From Lama guanicoe (Eukaryota), in NCBI GenBank assembly GCA_013239625.1, contig MU054466.1, positions 248,001 through 312,000 of the forward strand: a DNA stretch of 64,000 bases. The letters run 5' to 3'. Numbering within the stretch: position 1 is the first letter of the stretch; each line of letters begins with the position of its first letter. The position numbers and the translations under genes were made by a program. Shown here piece by piece: positions 48,257-59,119 of this stretch. The notes beneath the pieces are model-generated. The model was given only the letters and a program-made list of their open reading frames with translations, was not told the DNA's origin and ran no database searches.

Positions 48257-51200
48257 ATGGGCCGAGGGGTGCGCGTGCTGCTGCTGCTGGGCCTGCTGCA
48301 CTGGGCCGGGGGCGGCGAGGGCAGGAAGACCTGGCGGCGCCGTGGCCAGCAGCAGCCCCCGCCGCCGCCGCCTCCGCCCCGGGCCGAGGCGGCGCCGGCG
48401 GCCGGACAGCCGGTGGAGAGCTTCCCGCTGGACTTCACGGCCGTGGAGGGCAACATGGACAGCTTCATGGCGCAGGTCAAGAGCCTGGCGCAGTCCCTGT
48501 ACCCCTGCTCAGCGCAGCAGCTCAACGAGGACCTGCGTCTGCACCTCCTGCTCAACACGTCGGTGACCTGCAACGACGGCAGCCCCGCCGGGTAAGGTCC
48601 GCAGCCGCCCGCGCGACCGGCGCGCCCCTGCCGGTGGCCCCGGGGCCGCGGGCCGTCTTGTCGCCAGTGGGGTCGCACCACCGCCTCCCTGTTTCCGCCC
48701 AGACGCACGGAGTCTCTGCGCTGGACCCTCCTTGCTGGCCTCAGCGGTGCTCGCCCCGGGGAGAGGGCTCCCGTCGAGCCTCGGAGGCGCTGGCCCCGGA
48801 GAGGCCCGGCTCGGCGACCCGCCGCGCGGGGGGTGGGGCAGCGATTGAAGCCCTGGTACCAGGCCAGCCCGGGCACTGACCCCTCGGCCACCGGTGCCCA
48901 GCCCCCGTGCTCGCGTCCTTCGGTCCCTGGGCGGGGAGATGGCGGTCCGAGAGTGGCCCTGGCTCCAGCAGGAGGAGGCGACACAGCGGGGCGGGGAGAG
49001 TCCTCCCCCGTACTCCCACCCCCACCCCAGCTCGACTCGCCCCGTCTGCTGCCTGCGGCTGCCTGGACTGCCAGGGATCCCAGCCAGCCGGAGAGACAGG
49101 CAGGGGGCGCAGGTGGGACGGAAGAACCTGGGGTGCGGCATTCGCCCATCTCCAGCCCGAAGTAGATGGAAGGAAGGATGCGAGGCTGGGGGTTGGGGAG
49201 GAGTTGGGGGCACCCATGCCCTCAGCGACTCCACAACACGAGGAACGCAAAGTTAGATCGGGCCTCGGTAGGACGGCTGCGACCCGCCTCTGTGGCGCCC
49301 GCGCCCCTCCACGCCCGCCTGTCCGACCCCAGTGCCTCTGCCCCACGCACACTCTTCCAGCGAGGGCGCTTTTCACTCTCCAAGCGCCACTGCGAGCCTC
49401 AAGGAGAATCCCGAGCCCCAGTGAAGACCCCCCTCCTCCGCGCCGGGCCGCGGGCGCCGAGGTTACAGCGCGTCCCGCGCGGGGCGGGCCGTGGGGATTT
49501 TCCACGGATCACACAGCCCCTCGCCGCCCTTCCCCGCCCTGCGAGCGCCATCTCCCGGAACTGGCCGATGCTGGCCGGGCCGGGCGCGCTCTGCAGGGGC
49601 CTGGCCGCTGGCGCCCCCGTGCGGCGCGGGCGCTCGGCGACAGGTGGAATGACCCTTTCCTCCCCGGAGCTGGGCCCTGCAGCCCAAGCTGACCACCCGC
49701 TCTGCCCGACCTCCCTTGCAGCTACTACCTGAAGGAATCCAAGGGCAGCCGACGGTGGCTACTCTTTCTGGAAGGTGAGTCCCAGGGGCTGAGGAGGCGG
49801 GTTGGGCGAGGGTCCCCTGGGCACTGGACCCTGAGGTGGTGGCTATGCACGCAGGAGGCTGGTACTGCTTCAACCGGGAGAACTGCGACTCGCGGTATGA
49901 CACCATGAGGCGCCTCATGAGCTCCAAGGACTGGCCACGCACTCGCACAGGTCAGCAGGCCATGGAGTGCCCAGGAGTCCCCTGCTGGGGGAAGGGGGCT
50001 GACAATCTGAAGTTCTGGAAGAAGCCCCCCTCCTTCACTCCCTAGAGCCCCAGAGAGGCCCCACTCCATCCACCCCTCCCCTCCCCCAAGGGTAGGGAAC
50101 GCTCACACTCGCTCTTCGTGCTTATTCCACAGGTAACTTCCCAGGGCTCACCGTGCCTGTGCGGTACGTGGTCGGTCCCTAAATGAAAGCAGTTGGTGGA
50201 GTGGCCATGCCAGATATCACAGCCTGGCTGGGCATCCTGGCCCTGGTGACTCTGTGGAGTAACTAAACCCGTCCATTCCCCACTTCCCTGGCCACCCTGG
50301 TTCAGGCAGGTGTCACCACCCACCTCCTTGCTGGGACCAAGTAGGATACCCCCACGTCCCCAGCCTTCCTGCCGTCCTCATCCCTGTATGCCCCCTCCCC
50401 CCAGAAAGACCCACTGCCTCTGTCCTCCCGGCCACAGGCACGGGGATCCTGTCCTCCCAACCAGAGGAGAACCCCCACTGGTGGAACGCCAACATGGTGT
50501 AAGAAGGGGCAAAGGGTCCTTCCTGGGGGTCCTGTCCATGGGAGTCCTTCGTGGACAGTCCTTCCTAAGGGGGCTCTTAGGGGGAGTCCATCTGAGGGGT
50601 CTTGTCCTTGGGAGGATCTTGTCCTGGGAAAGATCCTTCCTGGGGCAGGGGTCCTAACCTCAGGAGTCCTTCCTGGGGAAGGTGGTCCTTCCTGGGGTCC
50701 TTGGGCAACAGAGGAGCATGGCTCACGTCGTCCCTGTGTCACAGCTTCATCCCCTACTGCTCCAGTGACGTCTGGAGTGGGGCTTCATCCAAGTCTGAGA
50801 AGAGTGAGTCCCCTGGCCTCCCCCTCCCTCCCCCTCCCAGAGCCAGGGCAGGGGAGATGGAGATTCTGGGGAAATACAGACTTTCAGCCTCGTCACTTCC
50901 TCTAACCCTTTGATATGTGTCCCAGGGTGCCCGTCTCCAGCACCCACTGGCTGGCTTGTACATGGCAGGCCTGACCCTTGGGGGGGGCGTCGCTTCTGGG
51001 TGTTCCCTGGGAAAGGGCCCCCAGAACAGCCTTGTATACCTGATCCACCTCCCTTCAGTCTACCCCAGCCCCTGGCCTCATCCCCTGGAAGACCCTCCAA
51101 GCCCCCAGCTCTATCCCTCCCCCTTCCAACCTGGGGGTAGGAGGCCTTGCTCTCTGCCCAGGCCCCTACTCGAAGCATCCTCCTTCCCCGTGCAGACGAG

Positions 51201-54200
51201 TACGCCTTCATGGGCGCCCTCATCATCCAGGAGGTGGTGCGCGAGCTTCTGGGCAAAGGGCTGAGCGGGGCCAAGGTGCTGCTGCTGGCAGGGAGCAGGT
51301 GGGCCGGGCTGGGGCTGGGGCGGCAGGGTGCCCATGGAAGGGAGAGGAGGGGGCTGAGCCTGGGCAGACCCGCGGCCGGGGAGAGCAGCATCCTGGGGTG
51401 TCCTGGAGGCTTGGTCCCCACGTGCTGTGTAGGAGAAGCTGTCCAGAGGACTCTTCTGGAACTGTGGTTGTTGGATGTGAGGGAAGCCTGGGACCGCAGT
51501 GACCTCGGTTGTTGGTTAGGGGTTATCTGTGAACCAATGTACCTCCAAGGCCAGGGGTTCCTGCAGGCAGGATCACACCTGTTGGCCACTGTATCACTGC
51601 GGGCATGTAGGGGACCCAGGGGGACATCCGAGAACTAGATGAAGGGGCCTGGGCCACACAGGTCATTCTCACTTTCCGATAAGGAAACAGAGAGGAAAGG
51701 AAGGAGGGGTGGGAGAAAGTGGTATGACCTGACCCTGGTTCAGTGCAGCTCCCCCGGCCCTTCTCTGTCTTCAGGACCCCGATGGGCCCACGAGTCTTGC
51801 CAGGAACCCAGACAATGTTGGCAGTTCAGAGTGCACGGGGATCCCTGTCCCCTTGGGATGGGCTTGGGGCTGGGTAGGTTCTGTGGGAGGTGAGCATCCT
51901 TCCACGTCCACCTGGCCTGACGTCCCACCTTCCCTGCAGCGCGGGGGCCACGGGGGTGCTGCTGAACGTGGACCGCGTGGCCGAGCAGCTGGAGGAGCTG
52001 GGCTATACGGCCATCCAGGTGCGGGGCCTGGCTGACTCCGGCTGGTTCCTGGACAACAAGCAGTACCGCCGCACGGACTGCATCGACACCATCACCTGCG
52101 CTCCCACGGAGGCCATCCGCCGGGGCATCAGGTGCCCCGCGAGGGAGGGCCTGTCCCACACTCTGGGGCCCTGCCTGGCCTCGTGGCCCCCCGTGCAGAG
52201 GGCCCAGGGTGGGTGCAGAGCGGGTGGCTGAGCTTGTGGAAGACGGGGGGCAGCTAACCTGCCGCGTGTGGCCCAGGTACTGGAATGGCGTGGTCCCAGA
52301 GCGCTGCCGGCGCCAGTTCAAGGAAGGCGAGGAGTGGAACTGCTTCTTCGGCTACAAAGTCTACCCAACCCTGCGCTGTGAGTGGGCACGCAGCGCGGGG
52401 GGCGGGGGGGGGACGGTGTCCAGACTTTCTCCCCCTGCTGACAACCCAGCTGGAGTCAAGCCCTAGGAGGCAGGGCCCAGAGGCCACTGCCCCACCTGGG
52501 AAGGGTGATAGAGTCATCTGAGTTTGGCCAGGACTTTCCCAGTCTTGACACAAAAAGTTCACTCGGTTCGAGGCAAACCAGGGTGGTAGGTCACCCGGCC
52601 ACACCCACAGTTGAGAATGTGCTTTAGCCTGGATTCCATGCCCCTGCGTGGGGCCTTGGCATCCCAGCTCTACACTTGGGGGGACGTTGTCACCACATTT
52701 TGGTCAAAGCAGAGTCCCTGGGAACCAGGCGAAGGTGGGGGTGGAACAAGACACCTCTTCAAGGAACGGTGCTGTGGTTGGGGGTCTGGCAGCTGGCACC
52801 CTGCGGGGAGAGCCTGGCTGCCACCTCGGGACCCCGGGCCTGGGGGGGTGGTGCTCAGCAGGAGCTGGGGCCCAGCTGAGCTGTCACCCTGGCCCCAGGC
52901 CCGGTGTTCGTGGTACAGTGGCTGTTTGACGAAGCTCAGCTGACTGTGGACAATGTGCACCTCACGGGGCAGCCGGTGCAGGAGGGCCAGTGGCTCTACA
53001 TCCAGAACCTGGGCCGTGAGCTTCGAAACACACTCAAGGACGTGCCGTGAGTGCTGGGGATCCCCCTCAGACCCCTGTGCGGTAAACCCCTCGACTGAAA
53101 AACAGAGGCCTCCAAGATGGCAGAATAGGAAGTGGCCAAGTGGTCCCTCAGTCGGTGATGAACTGTGGCTCCCTAGATGGGAGTGGGACCCAGAGTGAGA
53201 GAGAAGTGAGCCACTGAGACACCAAAAGACACGGAGGAGATCCACGTGCATGCTGCTAAGCGGAAGAGGCCAGTCTGGGGAGGCTGCTTGTGTGATTTTA
53301 GGTCTGTGATGTCCTGATAAAGGCAAAACCCTGGACACAGTAAGAAGATCAGTGGTTTCTGGGGGCTGGAGGACGGAGGCATGAAGACGGGGGGACACAG
53401 AGGGCTTTTAGGGCCTAGAAACAGCTGGGCTGGTACCACTCTGGTGGAGACCTGTCATCACACGCTTGTCCAGACTCATGGAAGGTGCAACACCCAGAGT
53501 GAACCCTGATGTGAACTGTGGACTCTGGGGGATGGAGATGAGTCATGAGTCAGCGTAGGTTCCTTGGTTGTAACAAAGATGCCATCTGATGGAGGCTGTT
53601 GCTCATGAGGGGCTGTGTGTGTCAGGGGGCAGAGGATAAAGGGGAGCTCTCTACATCTTCAGTCCACTTTGATGTGAACCTAAAACTTCTACGAAAACTG
53701 AAGTCGGGGGGAGGGCATAGCTCAGTGAGGAAGTGAGTGCCTAGCAGGCACAGGAGGTCCTGGGTTCAATCCCCAGCATTGCTTCTAAAAATAAACAAAT
53801 AAAACCTAATTGCTTCCCCCAAAAACTAACAAAAAAATCTAACATTAAAAAAATTAATATAAATAAACCTAATTACCTCCCCCAAATAAATAAATAAATA
53901 AATATTTTTTAAAAACCTTAAATCTTTTTAAAAAAGAAGAAAAACAAGGTACTCACCTGTCCAGGAGAGCCCCCACTCCGAGCAGGATGTGGAGGCCAGC
54001 AGGGACAGGGCTTACAAGGGAACATGAGGGCTGGCACCCTGGCAAGAGGGAGGGGGTAGCCAGGCCGAGGGCAGGGGGAACTGAGACCTGTGGGCTCTGG
54101 GGCATGGAAGGGGCTGAGGTGGGAGATGGTTGCTCACAGGCTGTCTTCTCCTCAACAGGGCCAGCTTTGCCCCTGCCTGCCTCTCCCACGAGATCATCAC

Positions 54201-54738
54201 CCGGAGGTCAGTGGCCCTTGCCCTGGGATAGCTCGCATCCCTGGCTCTGCTCCAAACATGAGGCACCCCCACCCCAGCATGCCTGCCCTCCGCCCTCCCA
54301 GGCTCTGGCTCCTTTCTGGGGCTTTCAAAGCCACTTACATACCAGCTGTGTAGCAAGGATTCTGCGGTAGCAAGGCCGTCCCCTGCTTGGCCCCTCCCTG
54401 AGTGACCCCCAACCTGGGTTTCTGTCTGTAGCCACTGGACAGACGTCCAGGTTAAAGGGACCTCGCTGCCCCGGGCGCTGCACTGCTGGGACAGAAGCCT
54501 CCATGACAACCACAAGGCCCGCAAAGCCCCCCTGCAGGGCTGCCCAGTCCACCTGGTGGACAGCTGCCCTTGGCCCCACTGCAACCCCTCCTGCCCCACC
54601 ATCCGGGACCAGTTCACGGGGCAGGAGATGAACGTGGCCCAGTTCCTCATGCACATGGGCTTCGATGTGCAGAAGGTGGCGCAGCAGCAGGGCCTGGAGC
54701 CCGGGAAGTTGCTCGGGATGCTGAGCAGCGAGAGCTAG
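48257..54738 (+). CDS. NOTUM: Palmitoleoyl-protein carboxylesterase NOTUM (Wnt deacylase), 500 aa; exons 48257-48591, 49722-49774, 49855-49950, 50438-50498, 50745-50803, 51196-51298, 51940-52131, 52277-52377, 52899-53046, 54159-54206, 54432-54738
   Basis: Signal peptide [14 protein letters not shown]; [29 protein letters not shown], nucleophile GSSAG, WLFDEAQ (Asp) and CLSHEII (His); 1503 nt in frame ending TAG; all junctions GT-AG. Confidence 0.98.
50513..50705 (+). repeat. Degenerate minisatellite (about 13-16 nt unit, GGTCCTTCCTGGG) in NOTUM intron 4
   Basis: Roughly a dozen imperfect copies of GTCCTTCCTGGGG / GTCTTGTCCTGGG fill most of the 246-nt intron. Confidence 0.8.
53195..53705 (+). 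mobile_element. L1MC-like 3' end in NOTUM intron 9
   Basis: AAAGGCAAAACCCTGGACACAGTAAGAAGATCAGTGGTT...CAACACCCAGAGTGAACCCTGATGTGAACTGTGGACT...TGTGAACCTAAAACTTCT. Confidence 0.85.
53706..53945 (+). mobile_element. tRNA-Ala-derived SINE (vic-1 type) with partly duplicated tail
   Basis: GGGGGAGGGCATAGCTCAGTG...GGTCCTGGGTTCAATCCCCAGC followed by two AAACCTAATT(G/A)C..CCCCC blocks and (TAAA)n. Confidence 0.88.
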
Positions 54739-55673
54739 TGGGCCTGTCCCCAGCCGCCCTGCCAGGCTCTCCTTCCCTCCTGGGACAGTGGCCAGGCTGA
54801 CCCCACCCTGGGTCTGGACACCCCCCACCTGCCGACAGCCTGCACTGCCTCCCCCTGCCTTCGGGGAAGGTGGACCTGCAGTCAGCCCCGCTCCAGCCCT
54901 GGGACACCTCCCCCGGCTCCCCCTCCCCGCCACCGCCTCCCCCCACCTTGGGGAACCAGAAGCACCAGATCCCTCAGCCCCTGGCCCAGGAGCCACCTCC
55001 CAGCCAGCCCCCACCCTCTCCCACCCTTTTGTATTATTTTATAAAGTGACTTTTTTTATTACTTTAATTTTTTTAAAAGAAAAATAAGAAATATATGGTG
55101 AATGATATTGTTTTGTAACATATTTTTTTTAAATAATGAAAAAAAGGATAACAAAAGAGACTCGCCCTGTAGATGTGTTTATTTGAGGGGACACTGCCCA
55201 CTTCTCACACCCCTCCCCCAACCCTGACTCCTCCCCCAACCCAAGGGCAGCAGGGAGGCTGGGGGTGACTTTGGAGCCTCCTGACCTCTGACCCATGCTC
55301 CTTCTGTTCATCCATTTCCACAGTCAGAGGTCACAGGCCTGCATCAGGCAGCCCCCGGGAGCAGTAAGCTCCCTGTCTTTATTTTGCTCTTGGGTGACAG
55401 TCACAACCATTTCCAAGTGCACGACTCAGCGTTTCCACGTCCACGACGTCATGTCTCCACCAGCAACCTCCAGTTTCAAAACTTTGCCACAAACGCTCCC
55501 TACCCAGCCAACACTTTCTTAGAAGTTTGAACTCTGTTACTCCCCTCGGTCACACGTGCACAGGGTCCAGAATCTGAAAGGTGCAAAGAGTGGAAGGGTG
55601 AACATTCTCCCTCCAGTCCGGCCCCTAGGGCTGCATCTGTGGCCAGTTCCAGAGGATCCCGGCCTCCCCGTGT

Positions 55674-55697
55674 ACACACACACACACACACACACAC
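55674..55697 (+). repeat. (AC)12 microsatellite
   Basis: Direct reading. Confidence 0.95.
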
Positions 55698-56011
55698 GTG
55701 CGACTGCATGCCTGGTTTCCGCCTCATCCTGCATCCTGGGGCCACAGAGAGCTGCAGGCAGGTGGCACCTTCCGGGTCAGCAACGGGCGTCATGCTTCAC
55801 CCTCTTTGGGATGCTGTGTGGCGGGCCCGAGTCGCCATCACTGCACATGGGCCGGCGTATCCATGGGGTGCAGGTCAAAGACACCCCTGCGGTTTGGACG
55901 ACACACTGACGGGCCCTCCCTGGAGGTGGCTTGGCCAATGGGCACGGTGCCCTGGGTGCTCTGCTCCCTGCGTTTGGGGCCCCACGTGCATTGGTGCACG
56001 ATTCCTCCCTG

Positions 56012-56090
56012 TCACCCTGCAAGTAGGTCTTATGATAAACTCAGATGATAGGTAAAGAAGCTGAGGCCCAGAGAGGTTCTGTGAAGTGTT
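56012..56090 (-). mobile_element. MIR fragment
   Basis: CACCCTGCAAGTAGG...AGGTAAAGAAGCTGAGGCCCAGAGAGGTT. Confidence 0.55.
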
Positions 56091-57104
56091 GAGAGGGACA
56101 GAGGAAGGAGTCAGCAGGTCAGCCTGGGCCCCGCTCCTAGCCTCTGAACCACCCCCACCCCCAGCTGCCGCCTCTGCAGCTCTGTCCCAGAGTGGGAAGA
56201 ATTGCCAGATACCCGGCCGTCCTCTCTCCCCCACCAGACCGAGGATGTGCCCTGCGGGTGCTCAGCTCCAACTCGGGCCCACTCAGCACCAGCATCGGCT
56301 TCTCCGGGGGAAACCAAGTGACCCATTCGTGGTCTCCTCCATGGACCACTCACTTCTCCACAGTCTCCTGGGGGAACCCACGGAGTCTCCAAGGCCAAGG
56401 GAGATGGTGAGGTCAGGGATGGAGTGGCCAAACGCTGGAGATGAAAGAAGAGTTCCCCAGTGTGGCTGCTGGTTTTCGAGAGCAGCCCCTCCTCGGCCTC
56501 CCAGGAGGACCATGAACAGGACTCTCCGTGCAACCCACCGGCCGTGGGTTCCCAGCGGGAGGAGAGGCTGGAGGACCTGAAAGGGGCCTGGCCATCACCA
56601 GCCTGGGGAGGCTTTGCTCGGAGGGAGCAGCCGCGCTGCGGTCGGAGCTGGGCTGGGGGCCCCAGAGGCGCTGGCTGGACACCAGTTGTTGTCTGTTGTC
56701 AGCAGGCGGGGACATCACACACTCAGAGGTCCTCGCTCCATCCGAGGCCAATGAAAAGGATCAGAGGGCGGCTTTGCGTGTCTCGGGCGTGCCAGGCACA
56801 CAGAACACGACACTTGTGGGTCAGGCCCGAGGGGATTCCACCCAGTGAATAAACCCTTCCTCCCACGTTCCTGACAAAGAAGGAAAGAGGCTCAGCCTAC
56901 TTCCGGCCTCTGTGCTTTCCCTGGGGGACCAGCGGCAAAAGGAACCCAGGGCCCACGAGTACAGTGGGGACCGGCCAACCTGCAGGGCTCGGCGTGGCCA
57001 TCGAGGGGACCGGCCGAGCTCTCCTCACCCACGACCCGGCTTTTCTGGCAATGCTGCTGCTGTACGTGTTCTGCATCATGTGATTCCTGTAGCGGCAACA
57101 ACAC

Positions 57105-57610
57105 TCTGGACAGGGGCAACCAAGATGTCTTTCAGTAGATGAGTGGGTAAATAAACTGCAGACAACAGTTACTCAGCGTTAGAAAGAAATGAGCTGCCAA
57201 TCCGTGAGAAGACGTGAGGAGCTTTAAATCTATGTGACTAAGGGAAGGAAGTCAATCTGAAAAGGCTACGCTTTGTGTGAGCCCCACTCTGTGACATCCT
57301 GAAAAAGGTGAACCTATGGACACAGTGACAAGAGGAGTGGTTGCCCGGAGTGGGAGTGGGGAGAGAGGCATGAAGACGGGGAGCACAGAGGGCTTCTAGG
57401 GCCGAGAAACAGCTCTGCGTGGTACCGCACTGGCGGGGACCTGTCGTCGCATGTTTGTCCAGACTCACGGAAGGTACAACCCTCAGAGTGAATCCTGATG
57501 TAAACTGCGGACTCTGGGGATGGAGATGAGTCAGTGTAGGTCCATTGATGGTAAAAAAATGCATCACTCTGGTAGGGCTGTTGATAAGGGGGAGGCCGTG
57601 CCTGGTTAAG
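57105..57610 (+). mobile_element. L1MC-like 3' end
   Basis: CAACCAAGATGTCTTTCAGTAGATGAGTGGGTAAATAAACTG...AATCTGAAAAGGCTAC...AGAGTGAATCCTGATGTAAACTGCGGACT; homologous to the copy at 53195-53705. Confidence 0.85.
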
Positions 57611-58238
57611 GGCAGGGAGCCAGGACGGCAAAGTGAAGAAAGGTGACTGCTGGGGATTTGTTCTCAGATTCTGAAGGCGCCTTTCAGAGAAGGAGCTGAG
57701 AGTAACTGGGAAAAGGGGAACGGGTGGGACCCAGGCCCGGGGTCCTCCCCTCACCCTCTCCTGCATCTTCCGGCTGCATTTCAGGGGAAGACATGGCCTG
57801 CCCACCCAGTGGAGCTGGAAGAGCTTTCCCCAGGGGTTCGTGGCACTTGGGTCAGGAAATCTGGTCCCAGGAGAGGCTCTGAAGACCCTGGTCTGGGTGC
57901 GGCTCCCTGGAGAGTTCCAGACATGCCCCTTCTGGGGATGGGTGGCTGCCCGCCGAGACCAGGCAGCTCAGGTCAAGCAGCCTGTTTCCTTGTGTGAAGA
58001 GGACAGGAAGGAGCCCCGAGGGCACGCACCTCCCTTCCCGGGGAGCTCCAGCAGCTGGTGCCGAGTCTGGCATGGCTGACACCCAGGATTCCTCCCACAC
58101 CACATCTCCCCGCGTGGTCTTCCTGCAGAGGGTGTTTAGCCAGGACCCAACCATGAGGAAACAAAGTACACATCGAAAGAACCTGCAAGGCTGCTGGCTG
58201 GGCTCTTCAAAGCAACAGTGTTGTGAAATAGAGAAGTG

Positions 58239-58375
58239 GAGGGGGAGGGCGCAGCTCAGGGGCAGAGCATGTGCTCAGCAGGCAGGAGGTCCTCGGTTCC
58301 ATCCCCCGCACCTCCGTTAAAATAAACAAATAAACCTGATTACCTGCCCCCCAAATAAAAACAAACCAAAAAATG
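58239..58375 (+). mobile_element. tRNA-Ala-derived SINE (vic-1 type)
   Basis: GGGGGAGGGCGCAGCTCAGGGGCAGAGCATGTGCTCAGCAGGCAGGAGGTCCTCGGTTCCATCCCC followed by AAATAAACCTGATTACC tail. Confidence 0.85.
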
Positions 58376-58400
58376 TGCAAAGACAGAAAGAAAGAAAAGG

Positions 58401-58564
58401 TTCTTCTGTACAGCACAGGGAGCTATATTCAATATCTTGTAATAACCTTTAATGAAAAAGAATATGAAAATGAATAAATGCATGTACATGCACGACTGGG
58501 ACACTGTGCTGTACACCAGAAATTGACACATTATAACCGACAACATTTCAATTAAAAAAAAAAA
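58401..58564 (+). mobile_element. Young, 5'-truncated cetartiodactyl/camelid L1 3' end with poly(A)
   Basis: CTGTACAGCACAGGGAGCTATATTCAATATCTTGTAATAACCTTTAATGAAAAAGAATATG...TGTGCTGTACACCAGAAATTGACACATT...TTCAATTAAAAAAAAAAA. Confidence 0.85.
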
Positions 58565-58689
58565 GACTGCATGCAATCATGGAGCACAGGAGGGACTTTC
58601 TCAAAAGAAAATAAAGGTATTTTTAGCAAAAAAAAAAAAAGAAGGAAAGAAAAGAAAAGAAATAGTGGAGACCATTCCAGAACAAAGGG

Positions 58690-59095
58690 AACAGACACAC
58701 ACAACAGCCAGATGCATGATTCCAATCAGATCCCGGAGCAAAAATTCAAAGAGTTATAAAGTGTATTTTGGGGACAGGTCGGCATACCTGAAGACAGACT
58801 GTGTTCTAGGTGATCATGCTTCAGTTCCCCAAATGCGGTCTCTGTGTTCAGGTTCTGTAGGGGAACTGCCTTGTTCTCAGGAGGTGTCTGTGGAAGTACC
58901 TGGGGAGAATTATTGTATCTCCAGAATTAATTAATATTATTTGTTATGAATTATCATTGGAGAGAGGGAGAGTCAGACCACAAACAGGGAAAAATATTAA
59001 TAATTCTCGAATCTGGGAGAAAGAGGTATGAATTTTCATTGCACTGTTCTGCAACTCTTCTGTAAATCTGACATTTTTCTAAATGAAAAGTTGGG
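58690..59095 (+). mobile_element. Old L1 (L1MC4/5-like) 3' end
   Basis: TTCATTGCACTGTTCTGCAACTCTTCTGTAAATCTGACATTTTTCTAAATGAAAAGTT is a typical old L1 terminus. Confidence 0.6.
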
Positions 59096-59119
59096 GAAAC
59101 ATTCATAAGGATGTGCATA

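Larger units (their letters stand above)
46950..49700. promoter_or_regulatory. NOTUM CpG island and promoter with TCF/LEF site and TATA-like element
   Basis: Very CpG-rich; CTTTGAT 47336-47342 followed by GATAAAA near 47359-47365. Confidence 0.8.

Noticed and set aside
46945-49149. 734-aa minus-strand ORF and other long ORFs crossing the gap
   Set aside because: They read through Ns, are low-complexity Gly/Arg/Pro/Ala and lie antisense to NOTUM in a stop-poor CpG island.
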